DNA of 58,534 bases, filler included, from Dugesia japonica (Eukaryota), in assembly GCA_001938525.1 (NCBI GenBank). It is 5 parts of 5 records of this genome, joined end to end, with 100 filler letters (N's around TTAATTAATTAA, not from the genome) between each part and the next. Parts side by side here need not be neighbours in the genome. Positions count along the whole stretch, not along the records: positions 18,526 to 29,673 come from MQRL01592486.1; positions 29,774 to 44,687 come from MQRL01632805.1; 3 more parts are not named here. One strand, given 5' to 3'. Positions 25,156-38,909 of this stretch are shown piece by piece (within the stretch, counting starts at the first letter, position 1; every line of letters starts with the position of its first letter). The notes beneath the pieces are model-generated. The model made no database searches, was not told the origin of the DNA, and saw only the letters and a program-made list of their open reading frames with translations. The position numbers and the translations under genes are program-made.

Positions 25156-25807
25156 ATAGATGACATTTTTCTTGATATTTTATAGAAATGAGACTTGTAA
25201 TTTCGAATATGTACAATTTAACATATTCACTTTTTTATGGAATAAAAACTCATTCAATAATACAAAATTCAATACAGCCAACTTTGAGCACACATTTAAA
25301 TGGTATTTTTAAGCAAACTTCAAATATATTTGAAATAAAACAGAAAATATATTCAAAGTATTCGTTTTAAATACTACCGCACATTGTTAATTACAATGAG
25401 AAAACGAATTTCATTAATCGATCCATTTGGATACGTTCTCATTAAAAATTATGTGCAGCATTAAAATCATTAAAATTCGTGCAATTTTTAATTGAATGTG
25501 ATGTTATAATTATTCCCAAAATATTTGATTATGTTTAGGGTCAATAGCAAATCTTTCATTGACAGTCTTAGAATAATTTTATCTTATCTAATTGACATTT
25601 TTCGAAGACGAGTTTTCGGAAGATTATCAATATATTCACTTATCTGTAGATTACGGTTCCATTGAGTTAATTATTTTCTTGAAATGGTGAATAATTTTGA
25701 ATTAACAGTTTGACTCGACATATATTTTAACAACTTTAATGCAGCTATTTTCATTTCTATTGAATATTGAATTTCCTTACTCCAAATATTTTTCTTATTT
25801 CTGTATG

Positions 25808-26880
25808 TGTATCAAAATATTAAATAAACATTCGTTTTAAAAGTTAATAACTCTTAATCAAATAAGACACGGCATTTTTTCCGTGATCAGAAAATTGCGC
25901 ACATAAAAATTGTATGTACTAAATTCATTCAATTTTCCAAGTGCGATATTCTCATAGAACCCAATTCTTCATATTTTCATATTGTCTCTACAACGACACC
26001 ACTAAGAGTCGGAAAAGGAAGGATGTCGTATTAGAGAAACTCGACTGTATTATAATAACCAATCTAATTTTAAGGCATGAAAATTAATTATTCTTAAATT
26101 ATTTCAAATATTTCGAAGAAACTTCACTTTTTACATAAAATTATAAAGCGCTATGATATGTATGTATTAAAATATTAAATAAATATTAGTTTTAAAATTT
26201 AATAACTCTTCATAAACTAAGACACGATATTTTTCCGTGATCAAAAAACTGTGCACAAGAAAATTGTATATACTAAATTCATTAAATTTTTTTGTGCGCA
26301 ATTCTCATAAAACCCAATTCTTCATATTTATAGAAGAATCTCTCTAAAACGACATCACTAAGAGACAAGTAAAAATATCGGATTAGAGATATTTGACTGC
26401 TTAGAGATTTTATGTAATGACGATACCTTACTGTCGGATAATGCAAGGGTGTCGTATTAGAGAAATTCGACGGTATTATAATCACTAATCTAATTTTAAG
26501 GCTAGAAAATTAATGTATCAAAATATTAAATAAACATTCGTTTTAAAAGTTAATAACTCTTAATCAACTAAGACACAACATTTTTTCGAGATCAGAAAAT
26601 GGCGCACAAGAAAATTGTATTCATTAAATTCATTAAATTTTCCAAGTGCGCAATTCTCAAAGAACCCAATTCTCATAGAATCCAATTCTTCATATTTACA
26701 GTAGAACCGCTCTAAAACGACACACTAAGAGTCGGAAAAGGAAGGATATAGTAATAGAGAAATCCGACTGTATTATAATAACCAATCTAATTTTAAGGCA
26801 TGAAAATTAATTATTCTTAAATTATTTCAAAAATTTCGAAGAAACTTCACTTTTTTTCAAAAAATTATTAAGCGCTATGA
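25808..26880. repeat. Three tandem copies of a ~350-bp unit
   Basis: Units start ~25808, ~26163 and ~26514 (TGTATCAAAATATTAAATAAACATTCGTTTTAAAAGTTAATAACTCTT...); copy 2 carries an internal partial duplication. Confidence 0.88.
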
Positions 26881-27481
26881 TATATATATAAATGATTATT
26901 CTTAATAGAGCTGAAATAAATGATTTCACAAATATGAATGAAATTTACTTAATTTTTTGCTGTCCGATATTAGGAAGTCCCACTTGAAAGATCCCATTTC
27001 GCAATGTACTATTATGAAGCTTATCTTTAGGAACATCATAAAACATATTAAAATGAGGAGATCTTTCAGTATCTGTTACCAATTCTATTTGCAATATTGC
27101 ATCTTCACATGTCGACGTTACCTAAAAAAANNNNNNNNNNNNNNNNNNNNNNNNNNNNNNNNNCGATATCAAATTCTTCTTTTTTCATTTTTTTCAATAT
27201 TTCGGCTTATTGAAATATATGAAAAAGAGAAGAACAACAATTCTGATCTTTTGCTTTTAAAACATTTTATTTTAAATAAAATTGTTTATTTAGTTATTTT
27301 TACAGATCAGTAGTTAAAATTTTTGTAAAAAAAGATTTATTTTAATGTTGGCAAACAATTAACTGTGAATATTTTCAATGAATTCAAAATTATAAAAAGT
27401 ATCCAATGAAAATTGAATTTAATCAAATGAATTTAATTTTAATTGTTATTTCAAAGTTTATAATCAAAATTTACTGAACTA

Positions 27482-27518
27482 TTGTTCCTGAAGAAGGCAA
27501 AGCCGAAATATTGAAAAA
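27482..27518 (+). ncRNA. Minimal type I hammerhead ribozyme motif (second subfamily)
   Basis: TTGTTC-CTGAAGA-A-GGC-AAA-GCC-GAAA-TA-TT-GAAAAA: intact core, 3-bp stem II, palindromic ATAT helix III; inverted partial copy at ~27170-27208 and related degenerate copy at ~55840-55945. Confidence 0.65.
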
Positions 27519-27635
27519 ATGAAAAAAAGAAGAACCATTCTGATCTTTTGNNNNNNNNNNNNNNNNNNNNNNNNNNNNNNNNNNNNNNNNNNNNNNNNNN
27601 NNNNNNNNNNNNNNNNNNNNNNNNNNNNNNNNNNN

Positions 27636-28015
27636 ATGCTGGACAAGCAAACTCGCATCGCCATATCAATCACATGTAGCCGCTCAAGTTTATTAGATTT
27701 AATATCTGTTAATGTAGAAAATCCTTGTTCATGCAGATAGGAAGAACCATATGGTATCAAAGCTGGAATAGCTCTTGTACTCAATTCAGGATATTGACTA
27801 TGGAGGAAAATCCAGAACGTTGATAATTCTAGTTATGAAAAATAAGCTTTATGAATTAAATCATTCTTTAGATCGATTAAATCTTCTTCTTCCTTTGTTG
27901 AAAATGAATAAGTATAATTACTTATAAAATGGTTGAAAACCCATTCATCTAGTTTCGCATTGAGAGACGGAAAATATTTATAAAATGACGACAGCAAATT
28001 TTGGAAAGTGATTTG
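27636..28015 (-). pseudogene. hAT Buster/Charlie transposase C-terminal dimerisation region
   Basis: FWIFLHSQYPELSTRAIPALIPYGSSYLHEQGFSTLTDIKSNKLERLHVIDMAMRVCLSS. Confidence 0.85.
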
Positions 28016-28109
28016 AATTTGATTTTTTTTTGATTTTTTGAAAGTGATTTTTTTGAATAAAGAAAACCAATTTTAGTGTTAATCCAGAGTAATGTCAATT
28101 CCTGCGAGA

Positions 28110-28330
28110 CGAAATCAAATTTTCGGAAAACGTTATTAGTAAGGAAGGTGTCAAAACAGAGCCAACCAAAATAGAAGCAATAAAGAACTTTGGTAAACCA
28201 AAATGTGTAAAGACAATGAGAAGCTTTTGGGTATATGTATTTGCTATCGCAGATTCATTAAAGACTATTCAAAGAAAGTTAGATTATTAGAACAACTATG
28301 TAGTGGACCTAGTAACAAGAAGATTAGATA
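28110..28330 (+). pseudogene. Gypsy RT C-terminal fragment
   Basis: EIKF...ISKEGVKTEPTKIEAIKNFGKPKCVKTMRSF; YRRFIKDYSK. Confidence 0.8.
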
Positions 28331-28354
28331 AGCGAATGAATTAAAAGTTTTAAA

Positions 28355-28516
28355 ATTCAATTCCTGAAGACAATAATCGAAAATTCGGAAAACCATCATA
28401 AAAGAAATAAAAAGAAACAAAACAACATATTCATCGAATCTTTTAATTTAATGAAATCTCAAATGCGATCAATAATCATGTCCAACAATTAATCTCATAA
28501 TAATTGTAATTGTAAA
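28355..28516 (+). mobile_element. Degenerate single-arm copy of the hammerhead/tail family
   Basis: CAATTC-CTGAAGA..AATC-GAAA-AT-TC followed by TTAATGAAATCTC and the family tail. Confidence 0.7.
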
Positions 28517-31029
28517 AATTATTTTATTGAAAATATTCTTATATTCTCTTTTGCTTTTAATTCGGACAAGCTTAAAAGAAAACTGTTAGTATTTTCGATC
28601 CGTTTTTTATTATTTTTAATAATAATAATAAAAATAATGACAGCATATTTATTATCATAATTATTTTGTAATTATTAAGCTTTTACAATTATAATAAATA
28701 TAGAATATTTATTGTTATTTATTTATATAATGTTTAAAATTTTGAAAATTTTTTTATTCGAAGATTATTGTTGAAAATTAGGAAATTTAAAAACAAAATT
28801 TTGATCTGTGCTTTTAATTTTTACAAAATAATTGCTAATGTTTAATTATTTCTTATAATTATTAATTGTTAACATTATTTTTAAACATTTCTAGAAAACT
28901 TTTCGGATTTATTGTAGTATTAAAAGCCATGCATTTTGTGTTTGAAAGCAAAATAGTTCATTGGATATTATTTAAATAATTTATTTACTCGACAAAATAT
29001 TTAACTTGACAAAAAACTGCTAGTAGATTTATATATAACATAAGTTTTTGGACAAATTTTTATCATTACTTGATGCATTTAGAGCTCAAAACTTTGTCTT
29101 TCTTATTATTTTAATTTTCTGTCTAAAGATTCTTGTGTTTTGAATATTTTTATAAATATTTTAAAAATTTTAGTAATTTTATAATATTTCTTATTCATGA
29201 TATTATTGTATAATTATTCTTTATAAAAATAATTTTACCATTACAACAATAAGCAAAATTTTATAAAACACGTAGGCAATTTTCGGTAAAATATGTAAAG
29301 AAATTTATTAATCAAAACCTTTTTATTAAATAGATGTTTATTGTAGCCAAATAATGATATTATAGTTAAATTAAAACCTTGGATACATACTATTGATTTT
29401 GCTATAAAGCTAATTTGAATTTTCAATTGGTTAAAATTGTTTCTATTTATATCAAATGGAAAATCGACTAAAATTTAAAATGATAAATTTTACAATAGAA
29501 CGATTAAATTACAGAATTAACATACAATAAACTTTAGCATTATTTGACGCAAATAATATCTTTGTAAACACTTGTTATTAATTTTAGTAATAATAATTAT
29601 AATAATAATAATAATATTAATAATAATAATAATATTAATAATAATAACAAAAATAATAAATAATAATTACAATNNNNNNNNNNNNNNNNNNNNNNNNNNN
29701 NNNNNNNNNNNNNNNNNTTAATTAATTAANNNNNNNNNNNNNNNNNNNNNNNNNNNNNNNNNNNNNNNNNNNNAATATTTTCTCGTCGTTGAATTTGTTG
29801 ACTATAATTTACATATCATTCAATGATAATAAGTTTCTTTAAGCATGAATTCAGAAATTAAAATAAAATAAGAATATTAAGATGTCCAACATAAATGAAA
29901 GAGGTTCCTCAGTGACACTCGTACTAAAACGAAGCAATAAATAATACTCAACTAGAATGATTGATTGATTAAATCTTGATTAAATCTAGCTCTGCCTCTG
30001 CAAAGAAAAAAAAATAAAACATTTCAATCCCACAGTGATATACATCTCACCAGAATCTAATTTCTCATAAAAAAATAACCAAATTAATACGCATTATTTA
30101 TTGAATTAATGATTCTATTTTGACGATCACGGGGTCTCGTACCTCGGTCGTGACCCCAGTGTCGTCTATTGTTTTAAGTTTGAGTCGTTCGATGGCTTGC
30201 CAGTAATTGACTAGACACATGGATATCTCCCACCAGCTCGCGTATCTCTATTTGCACTTGAGTTATTTCACTTTTGAGCCGTTGATTGTCGTTTTGGAGC
30301 TCCTGTTTGTTTTTCATCAGTTCCCAAATTTTTTGAATCAGTACTTTATCTCTGTTTTGTCTTTATCATGAACTAATTTCTGCTCACCCATCAATTCCAC
30401 CACGTTCCACGGGATCCAGAATGTTCCCTCATCTCCTTCATTAGAAAGCACAAGCGGGATATGCGGTTTAAAATATATCATTTTAAATTATCTATTAAAA
30501 ATAAATTTATAGATTTTCCTGATATGAATGTTGAATAGAAATTTAAGCAGATAATGAAAAATATAAGATAAATAAACAGTTGACGTTTCTTTGGCCTGCG
30601 GCTTATCGGTTCTTCTTCCACCACTTCTATAATACAAACCATAAAAGATGTCCACTAAAGCAGTCATCTTTCCTAGTTTGTACTACTTCGAAGCTCTACT
30701 ACGAACTCCCTATCAGCTTATTTCAGAAGAAATGCATAATAACAGTCTGATTATAAACTATCACTGATAATAATATTGAATGAAGATCCTAAATTTACTT
30801 TCTAATAAATGTTATTTAATAAATAAAATTAAGTGATAAAATCATTCAACACTGAAACTTAATATTTTCTTCAAATTATTAAATTATACCACGAAAATAT
30901 TTTAGAACAATCATAAATAAAATTATTCGACTAATTTCAAGCGTAAAAAATGAAAATGAACATAATAAAAAAAATTTTTGATCAACGAAAACCAGATCAT
31001 AATTCTTAATAATCGAGCTCCCATCAAAT

Positions 31030-34000
31030 ACATGTATTCAACTTCTTTCATTCATCTACTTCTCGAAACTATACTGGATCTCCATTGGGATGCATTTTAA
31101 AACTTCTCCTTCCATCCCTTTGATTTCATTAAATTTCTCAGACTCTATTTCTGGTTTATACTTATGGTTTTATATTTTTAATTCTTAATACATTATTGAT
31201 TATTTCATAGTGTTGCTCTTTTTTTCGGTAAATATAAGTATATCATCTAGATAAACCATCGCTCTTTTTATTTTTTCGATTACATTATTCATAATTTCCT
31301 AAAACGTACCTGGGGCCGCTGCAATTATAAAAGGTATTCTATTGAACCAAAATTGTCCTTATTTTGTCAAAAAAGCTGTCTTCTTTTGAGAGTCTTAACT
31401 GAGTTCCACTTAGTAGTATGCATTTCCCAAGTATATTGAGCTAGAATACTGCGTACCTTCCAAAGCATCCAATATTTCGTCTACATTTGAAATAGGATAA
31501 GCGTGCCTTTCTGTTATTGCATTGAACTGTCTTAAGTCTAAACATATTCGTAGAAATTTTTTTTCCGTTTTCCAAACGCAGATTAATGGCATATTCAATA
31601 GATTCTTTATGACCTCTTCAACTTTCTCTTCTAAATTCATTCGTTGACGATACGGTTTTATGTTGATTGGACCTCCTTTAGTGATTATTGGATGGTTTGT
31701 TAAGTGTGTGCATCCAATGTCCCATTTATCCGTCATAAATACAACCTCATTATTCTGAATAAACGCAGTCAATTTATGATCTTTGTTCATTTCTAGAATC
31801 CCGATTGCAAGTCTCAATCGTCACTCGTGTATATCTGACTTCCAAATATTGCCCCGATATTGCAAACAAATCTTTCTCTATGATTATTGATGTCTACTCT
31901 GCACGTTTTTTGAAGATGATACCCAAATGTATTCTGAAACTTCACTCTACCAGTTAGATCTGGTATTAATTTCTCCACTAATATAAATGTTACTTCCTTG
32001 CAGACTTCTGAAACGACAACTTTCACACGTATCTTTCCAATTGTTTTCAATGAGCTGTTATTCACACAATACAATCGTTCCCTGCTTTTCTCTAATACGG
32101 TTTCTCTGATTCTGTTAAATCTTTTTATGCTCATCGCAATTATATTTGCTCCTGTATCTAACAAATAATCAAACTGTTCACCCTTAATCATAGTTACGGT
32201 GTATTATTAATTAAATTAATAATTCACTTGTTTTAATTTTATAATAAATCTTGTCTAAGCGTGTTACATTTGAATTCTTATCACTGTATTATGACATCCA
32301 ATGTTGAAGAATGCATAACTGGCGACCACGCCAAAAATATCAGCGCAGTTACAAGGCATCAAAAGAAAAAATTAATTATTGATTCACTTCTGAAGAAAGC
32401 GCAAGATATGTTCAATTTCAATGTTCAAAAATATGATGGACGAAATTTCGAACAATCTGCAAAATGGAATACGGATATTGATGAATGGCTCTCATTGTTG
32501 AAAATGGCTGTAAACAATTTATGTGTGATGAGTTCATTCGATCTATTGTTATCTGACGAAGCTGCGGTTTTATGGAAAGATTTTAAAACAGATTTTACGA
32601 CAAAAAATGAATTAAATTTTGTTTTATCGATACTTTCATGATAAAGAAATCGATTTCAGATATGTTTGTCAAATTAGCTGAAATTTAACAAAAAGATAAT
32701 GAAAGATTTGCAACGTTCGAGATTAGGGTAAAACATCTTTTGGACAATATTTTTAATTCAAGATTAAGTCGTGACGAAATAATAAAAGATTTTATTTCGA
32801 AACAATTAAGAAGTTCTGCTTTAAAAAAAAGTTTATTTCGAAACTGAAAATGAACAGTGCAGATGTTCAAAAATATTCCCAAATTACATGAAATTCAAGA
32901 ACATTCAATTCAATTCTAAGAAGATAAATATGTAAATGTAATGAATAAAGGAAAATTTTCTGATATTCTGAAGTAAGGAAATAAATTTAATCGAGAAAAT
33001 CTTAGACGAAATTCAGTTGAATAAATTCCAAAAAATTCAGTCATAATTCTGAGAGAAATTCGGGATGTAATTTTTCACCTGGATCTATATTTTACAATAT
33101 AAATTTCGACAAGTTTAATAATAAAAATAACTGAAACAATGAAAATTCGAGATATCAACCATTAGTTTCAATGAAGCATACTGCGAGAAAATTATATAAT
33201 AAATACAATAGATTGCCACTACCAATAGATGAAATTTTAAAACCAGGTCAATGTTATTGTTGTGGAGAAAAAGATCATTTACGTTTTGAATGCCCATTAG
33301 AGAACAAGTGTTTTATATGTGGAAAAGAAGGACATTTATTCAGAAGTTGTTACTTAATGAATAATCGAGATAGGAATTTTAATAAGCCTATATTATGTAT
33401 TTATGATGAAAATAATGAAGAGTATTCTGAAGATGAAATAATAAATCATAACATTGAAGAACAAAAAACAAGAACAACCCTGTTGCTTACATTTCGTCAG
33501 TGGTATTGAATTAATAAATGATCCTGTAAATCAAAATGATATAAAGAATGATGCGATGTACCAGACGAGTGATGGCAGGCAATGGAGTAATGTGGAAGTT
33601 GAACATGTGGCAATTAAAATGTTGTGGGACTTAGAAGCTGCAATAACAGTGATGAATAAAGAGTGTTGAGAGAAGATTGGAAAACCTTATTTATTAGATA
33701 CGAATATTATGCTCAGTCGTGTATTTTCTAGAATGAGTGAAAAGCCNATGGGATCTGTGTCAGTAAATGTGAGATGGAACGGTAAGATTTGATTAGTAAA
33801 TAAATTAGTAGCTAGACAAATTTATCCAAATTTCATTGGTGGAATATACATAATGAAGAGTTTTGGAATAAAACTAATGGAAATAAGCAATATTGATTAT
33901 TCCATAATCAAAAAAAATCATTCATATACAGAAAGAATCAGAATTGCCTTAGAATGTTTCAAAATACGATCTGAGTCATATGACATTGATAAAGCATGAA

Positions 34001-37000
34001 ATAAAAGTAAATAGTGTACCAGTACTGATACAACCCAGACGTCAACCAATGCACTTAGAATCAAAAATTGATGAACTAGTGAAAAATCTTATCAAAACAG
34101 ATGTGGTAAGAAAATGTAAAAGCCCATGGAATTCCCCACTGTTGGTAATTGTTGATAAAAAAAGACGGATCAATCTGGATGTGTATTAATTATGATAGTT
34201 AAATGCAGCTACAGAAAAGATTACTTTTCCAATGCCGAATATACATTTTCTACTTGATTGTTTAGCTGATTCCTTATATTTCTATCGATCTGGGCCAAGC
34301 ATACTACCAAGTAGGGTTGGATGAAAATTCAAGACTGGTTTCTGCTTTCAGTACTAAACTAGGTCAGTTTTGTTTTAATCGTATCCTTTTTGGCTTGGCA
34401 ACTGCACCAGTCACTTTTCAAAAACTTATGCATGAACTCATAGATGGAATTTTTTAAATGGTGGTATTGTTTATCTCAATGATATCTTAGTATATGGAAA
34501 ATCTAAGCAAGAACAGGAAAAATGTTAGAGGAAGTGTTTATACGGATTTTTAATTCCGGATTAAAAATCAACCCAGAAAAGTGCAAATTTCATCAAAAAG
34601 AACTCATTTTTTGGGTCACACTATAAATTCCGATAGAATTCGAACAAATAACTTGAAAGTTGCAGAAATACTTAAAGCAGAAATTCCAAAATCCTTATCA
34701 AAATTAAAATCATTTCTCGGGTTAACAAATTATTATCGCTGATTTATAAAGAATTATGCTGAAATTGCAGCACCATTTTATGTGGCCATATCAGGATGTG
34801 ACAAAAAACTTTATTGAACAAATGAATGCGATCAAAGTTTTAATGATCTGAAAAATAAATTATGTTCCGCGACTATTTTGGATTATCCTAGAAAAAATCA
34901 AATGTTTATTTTATTTACAGATGCTAGTTTTGAAGTAATAGGAACTGTATTCAGTCAAATTAAAGAAAATGATAATGAAACAGTAATTGCATCTGGATCA
35001 CGACATCTTTTGGCTCATGAAAAAGGTTATTGTGTTACTAGGAAAGAATTATTAGCGTTAAATGAATATGTTATGTATTTCAAGCAATACTTATATGGCA
35101 AACAATTTATCGATAGAACTGATCACAAAGCTCTAATGTTTATGAACACAACATAAAAACCGAGAAGTCCTCAATTTCAAACTTGGGTGGCCAATCTTTC
35201 AGAGTATAATTTAGATCTTTAATATAGAAAATGAAGTGAGCATAATAATGCAGATGTTTTATCAAGAATCTTTGATGTATTATGTTTACAGTGTGAAACG
35301 AAACACAAAGATACTAAAAGCAGTAAGTCAAAAGTTAAATAGATAAATGGTCTGGACCAAATATTGAATTTTGAGGACAATATTAAAATTAGTCGGAACA
35401 ACGACATAAATCTTAACGAACTAAAAAGGTACTTAATTAGTAAAATTACGGAATGCTCAGAAGTATGTAAAAATAGCTACCTGTATAAAAGTATTGAAAA
35501 CATGAAAATTATTGATGATTTACTTGTTAAGAAATACGGTAAAAATATATTAATTTTATTACCAATAAAATTTTCTAATGAATTAGTAACAATGATTCAC
35601 AACGATCTGTGTCATCTATTGAGAGAAAATCTTTTTAATTATCTTAAGGGTCATTAATTTTGGTCATCAATGATGAATACAACACAAACGTGATTATAAC
35701 AATGCATAGTTTGTGCTAAAAAAAAATTACTCAAAGTCGTACTAAATAAACACTGATTACTAGACAAAGTCTTAATTTACTTGAGCAAATTGTCGTAAAC
35801 ATTGCATATATGGACATAATTGAGTCTAATAAAAAGTATCTTATTGTAATTGTAGACAGATTTAGCAAATTAGTTGGTTTATCAGCGATATCTAAATTGA
35901 ATGATCAATCTGTATTCAAAGTTATTTTGTATAATTGTATAAATCGTTACGGAAAGCCAATCAGTATTTTGACAGACAGAGGAAAAACTTTTGAAATTAA
36001 TTTTTTAAAAGAAAAGATTTCAAAACTGAATATAATACAAGAGTTCACCTCACCTTATTAGCACCAATCAAATGGTTTGATAGAACGAGTGATACCATCT
36101 GTACGAGATATTATGACAACATCAATAAAAAATAAATGCGAAGAAAGGACTTGGTTTGAATTACTGCCAACAATTGAAATTAGCATTAATGCAACTCAAC
36201 AGAATTCAACTAAATTTTCTCCTTTTGAAATAGTTTTTGGCCAGAAAATAAATATTCATTATAAATATAACAATTCAGAAACCGGTAAAACAGAAATAAT
36301 TGATGAAACTCGAAAAAATTTAGAAAAAGCTGCTATAAAAATGAAAGTTTTCGAAAACGAAAAAAGAGGATCTCGGATTTTTTAGGAGGGAGAGTATGTT
36401 TCGGTACGAGTAAAACCCCATAAGAGAAAGAAAAATTATTTTCAATATGAAGGATCATTTCAGATAATTAGATATATTTCTCCTCATCAAGTGGAACTCA
36501 AATGTAAACATGGAATAAAACAACGAAGAATAGAATGGTTAAAGAAGTGAACAGTTTCTTAAAGAAAGGAAAAGTTACTGTGTATTATTCATTAAATTAA
36601 TACGTCACTTGTTTTAATATTATAATNNNNNNNNNNNNNNNNNNNNNNNNNNNNNNNNNNNNNNNNNNNNNNNNNNNNNNNNNNNNNNNNNNNNNNNNNN
36701 NNNNNNNNNNNNNNNNNNNNGTCTCCCTTGCATTTTATCATACAAAATTTCTACATTCTGTTTCTCTTCAATTATTCTTATCACTTCTGTTTTGTTAACT
36801 TCTGCATCATTGAAACCTTTTCTTTTTAGGAATCTGTGAACTTTTTCTCCCACTTATCTCGTCTTATCCCATTTCTCAACCTCTTGAGGATATTCAAACG
36901 GTATCTCGTTTAATGAATGTCTCCGATCAACTCCTCTACTGATGAAGCCCTGCCGTTTAGGTATTCTCTTCTTGGATCTTTATTTTCTATTATGCTCTCT

Positions 37001-37710
37001 GAAAATCTCTCTTCATTCTCATCATCAAGTTCTTCTCGAATAGCATGAATTGGTTTGGTCCGACTCCAATCTTTTGTTTGTTATCCACTTTTAGAATTGT
37101 ATTTTCTCTCTTCTAGTCTAGGTTTATTAATGTTCGAATAACATTCTTCTGCTATGTGACCTTGTCATTTACATTTACCACATACAATTTCTGTGCACAT
37201 CCTTTTGATATAACCAATCTTACCACACCCAAAAATCTCTTCCTCTGCTTTTTTACTATTTGCACAAATTATTAGCATTTTTGATAAGAGTTTTCCTTTC
37301 GTCAATTCTTCATTTGCTTAATATTTATCGACCAAATCTTCCGATTTTTTAAAGTACACCTCAAGTTTTTCAACACTACGTTGATAGCTTACAAGATTCT
37401 GCAAATTTTTTATTATGTCTCTCTTGCTCTCAAAATGCTAATCGCNNNNNNNNNNNNNNNNNNNNNNNNNNNNNNNNNNNNNNNNNNNNNNNNNNNNNNN
37501 NNNNNNNNNNNNNNNNNNNTTTCTTAACAACGATGTTCTTTGCCTCAAAGTATATTTCACACCGTTTAATAAACTTCTCTAGATCATCGCCTCGGCAAAA
37601 TATTTTTGGCAACAATCTTTTTGTGATTGCATCGGTGTTTACCACTCCCATTATGTTAAATGAGTTTGGAAAACTCATCGAATCATTATCATCAGAATTC
37701 AACTCCATAA
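31030..37710 (-). mobile_element. Gypsy/Ty3 LTR retrotransposon relic B (gag 37708-36721; protease-RT 32191-31030), split by element A
   Basis: gag with two CCHC knuckles (~37145-37240); ...LYDKMQGR at 36721 continues into MIKGEQFDYLLDTGA at 32191; RT motifs LRICLDLRQFN and MVYLDDILIF. Confidence 0.88.
32192..36700 (+). mobile_element. Near full-length decayed Gypsy element A with very short (129-bp) AGTT...AACT LTRs
   Basis: 5' LTR 32192-32320, PBS TGGCGACCACG at 32320, gag with twin CCHC (33171-33509), protease, RT (YLND), RNase H (FTDASF..IG; TDHKAL), integrase (TDRGKTFE; SNGLIER), PPT at ~36560-36572, 3' LTR from 36573 running into a gap. Confidence 0.93.
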
Positions 37711-38713
37711 ATTTAATAAAATAAAAACTATAACATCACTAATTGTATTTTTAAAAAAATAATAAATTACTGTTTTAAATTGGTAATTGTTTCTTAAGAT
37801 TTTTTAAAAATCTATTTAAAGTCATTTGATTTTTAAATCAGATTTTAAAATAAATTTTTTATTTATTTATTAAATTTTTATTTTTTTAAAATTTATTTTA
37901 ACAGTCTTAATAAAAAATCAAATGACTAATAAGTATTTGTTTTAAATTCTGACATTAAGACTGTTAAAATAAAATTTCAATTTATTTATTAAAATTTAAT
38001 TTCAAAATTTAAAACAATTACTGATTTGTCATTTGACTTTTCTATTCAATTAAAATCCTTTTCAAAAAAGATTTCAAAAAACGATAACCAACCGCAAAAA
38101 AATCAACTCGCTTAAAACATACTCACAAGCACCATGTACTTGAACTTGACTAATATATTTTGTTAAAGATTTATTGAACTATTCATCCATTAACAAGCAA
38201 ACTTTTAGTCTATTCCGTGTAAATATTCATTTTTCCCGCGCCAACCACTCACTTACAAGCAAAATCTAGACAAATAACCAGAATTTATTTAAAATAAAAG
38301 CTTCGATAAAAAANNNNNNNNNNNNNNNNNNNNNNNNNNNNNNNNNNNNNNNNNNNNNNNNNNTTGTTTTAAATTCTGACATTAAGACTGTTAAAATAAA
38401 ATTTCAATTTATTTATTAAAATTTAATTTCAAAATTTCAAACAATTACTGATTCGTCATTTGACTTTTCTATTCAATGTAAATCTTTTTCAAAAAAGATT
38501 TCAAAAAAACGATAACCAGCCGCAAAAAAATCAACTCGCTTAAAACATACTCACAAGCACCATGTACTTGAACTTGACTAATAAATTTTATTTAAAGATT
38601 TATTGAACTATTCATCCATTAACAAGCAAACCTTTAGTCTATTCCGTGTAAATATTCATTTTTCCCGTGCCAACCACTCACTTACAAGCAAAATCTAGAC
38701 AAATAACCAGAAT

Positions 38714-38909
38714 TTATTTAAAATAAAAGCTTCGATAAAAAAATTCGATCAGAAAAAAGTCAATTCCTGACGAAGATTAAGTCGAAATATCGAATCAATC
38801 TCAAAAAAACCAAAAAAATATTTTTGATCGAANCTTTTATTTGAAATAAATTCTAAAAAACGATCAATGGTTACGAATAACAATTATTCTTGCAATAATT
38901 GCAATTGTA
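38714..38909 (+). mobile_element. Palindromic hammerhead-bearing insertion
   Basis: Short inverted left arm, full right arm and tail; 13-bp TSD AAATAACCAGAAT (38701-38713) / AAATAACTAGAAT (38910-38922). Confidence 0.85.
38761..38796 (+). ncRNA. Minimal type I hammerhead ribozyme motif, core intact
   Basis: CAATTC-CTGACGA-A-GAT-TAA-GTC-GAAA-TA-TC|GAATCA: stem I ATTC/GAAT, CUGANGA, 3-bp stem II, GAAA, palindromic AUAU, AUC cleavage triplet. Confidence 0.72.

Noticed and set aside
25808-26880. Tandem units as a CRISPR-like array
   Set aside because: Whole ~350-bp units repeat with no unique spacers; eukaryotic context
30120-30720. GC-richer segments with coiled-coil-like translation
   Set aside because: Short, stop-interrupted and not assignable to any family by eye
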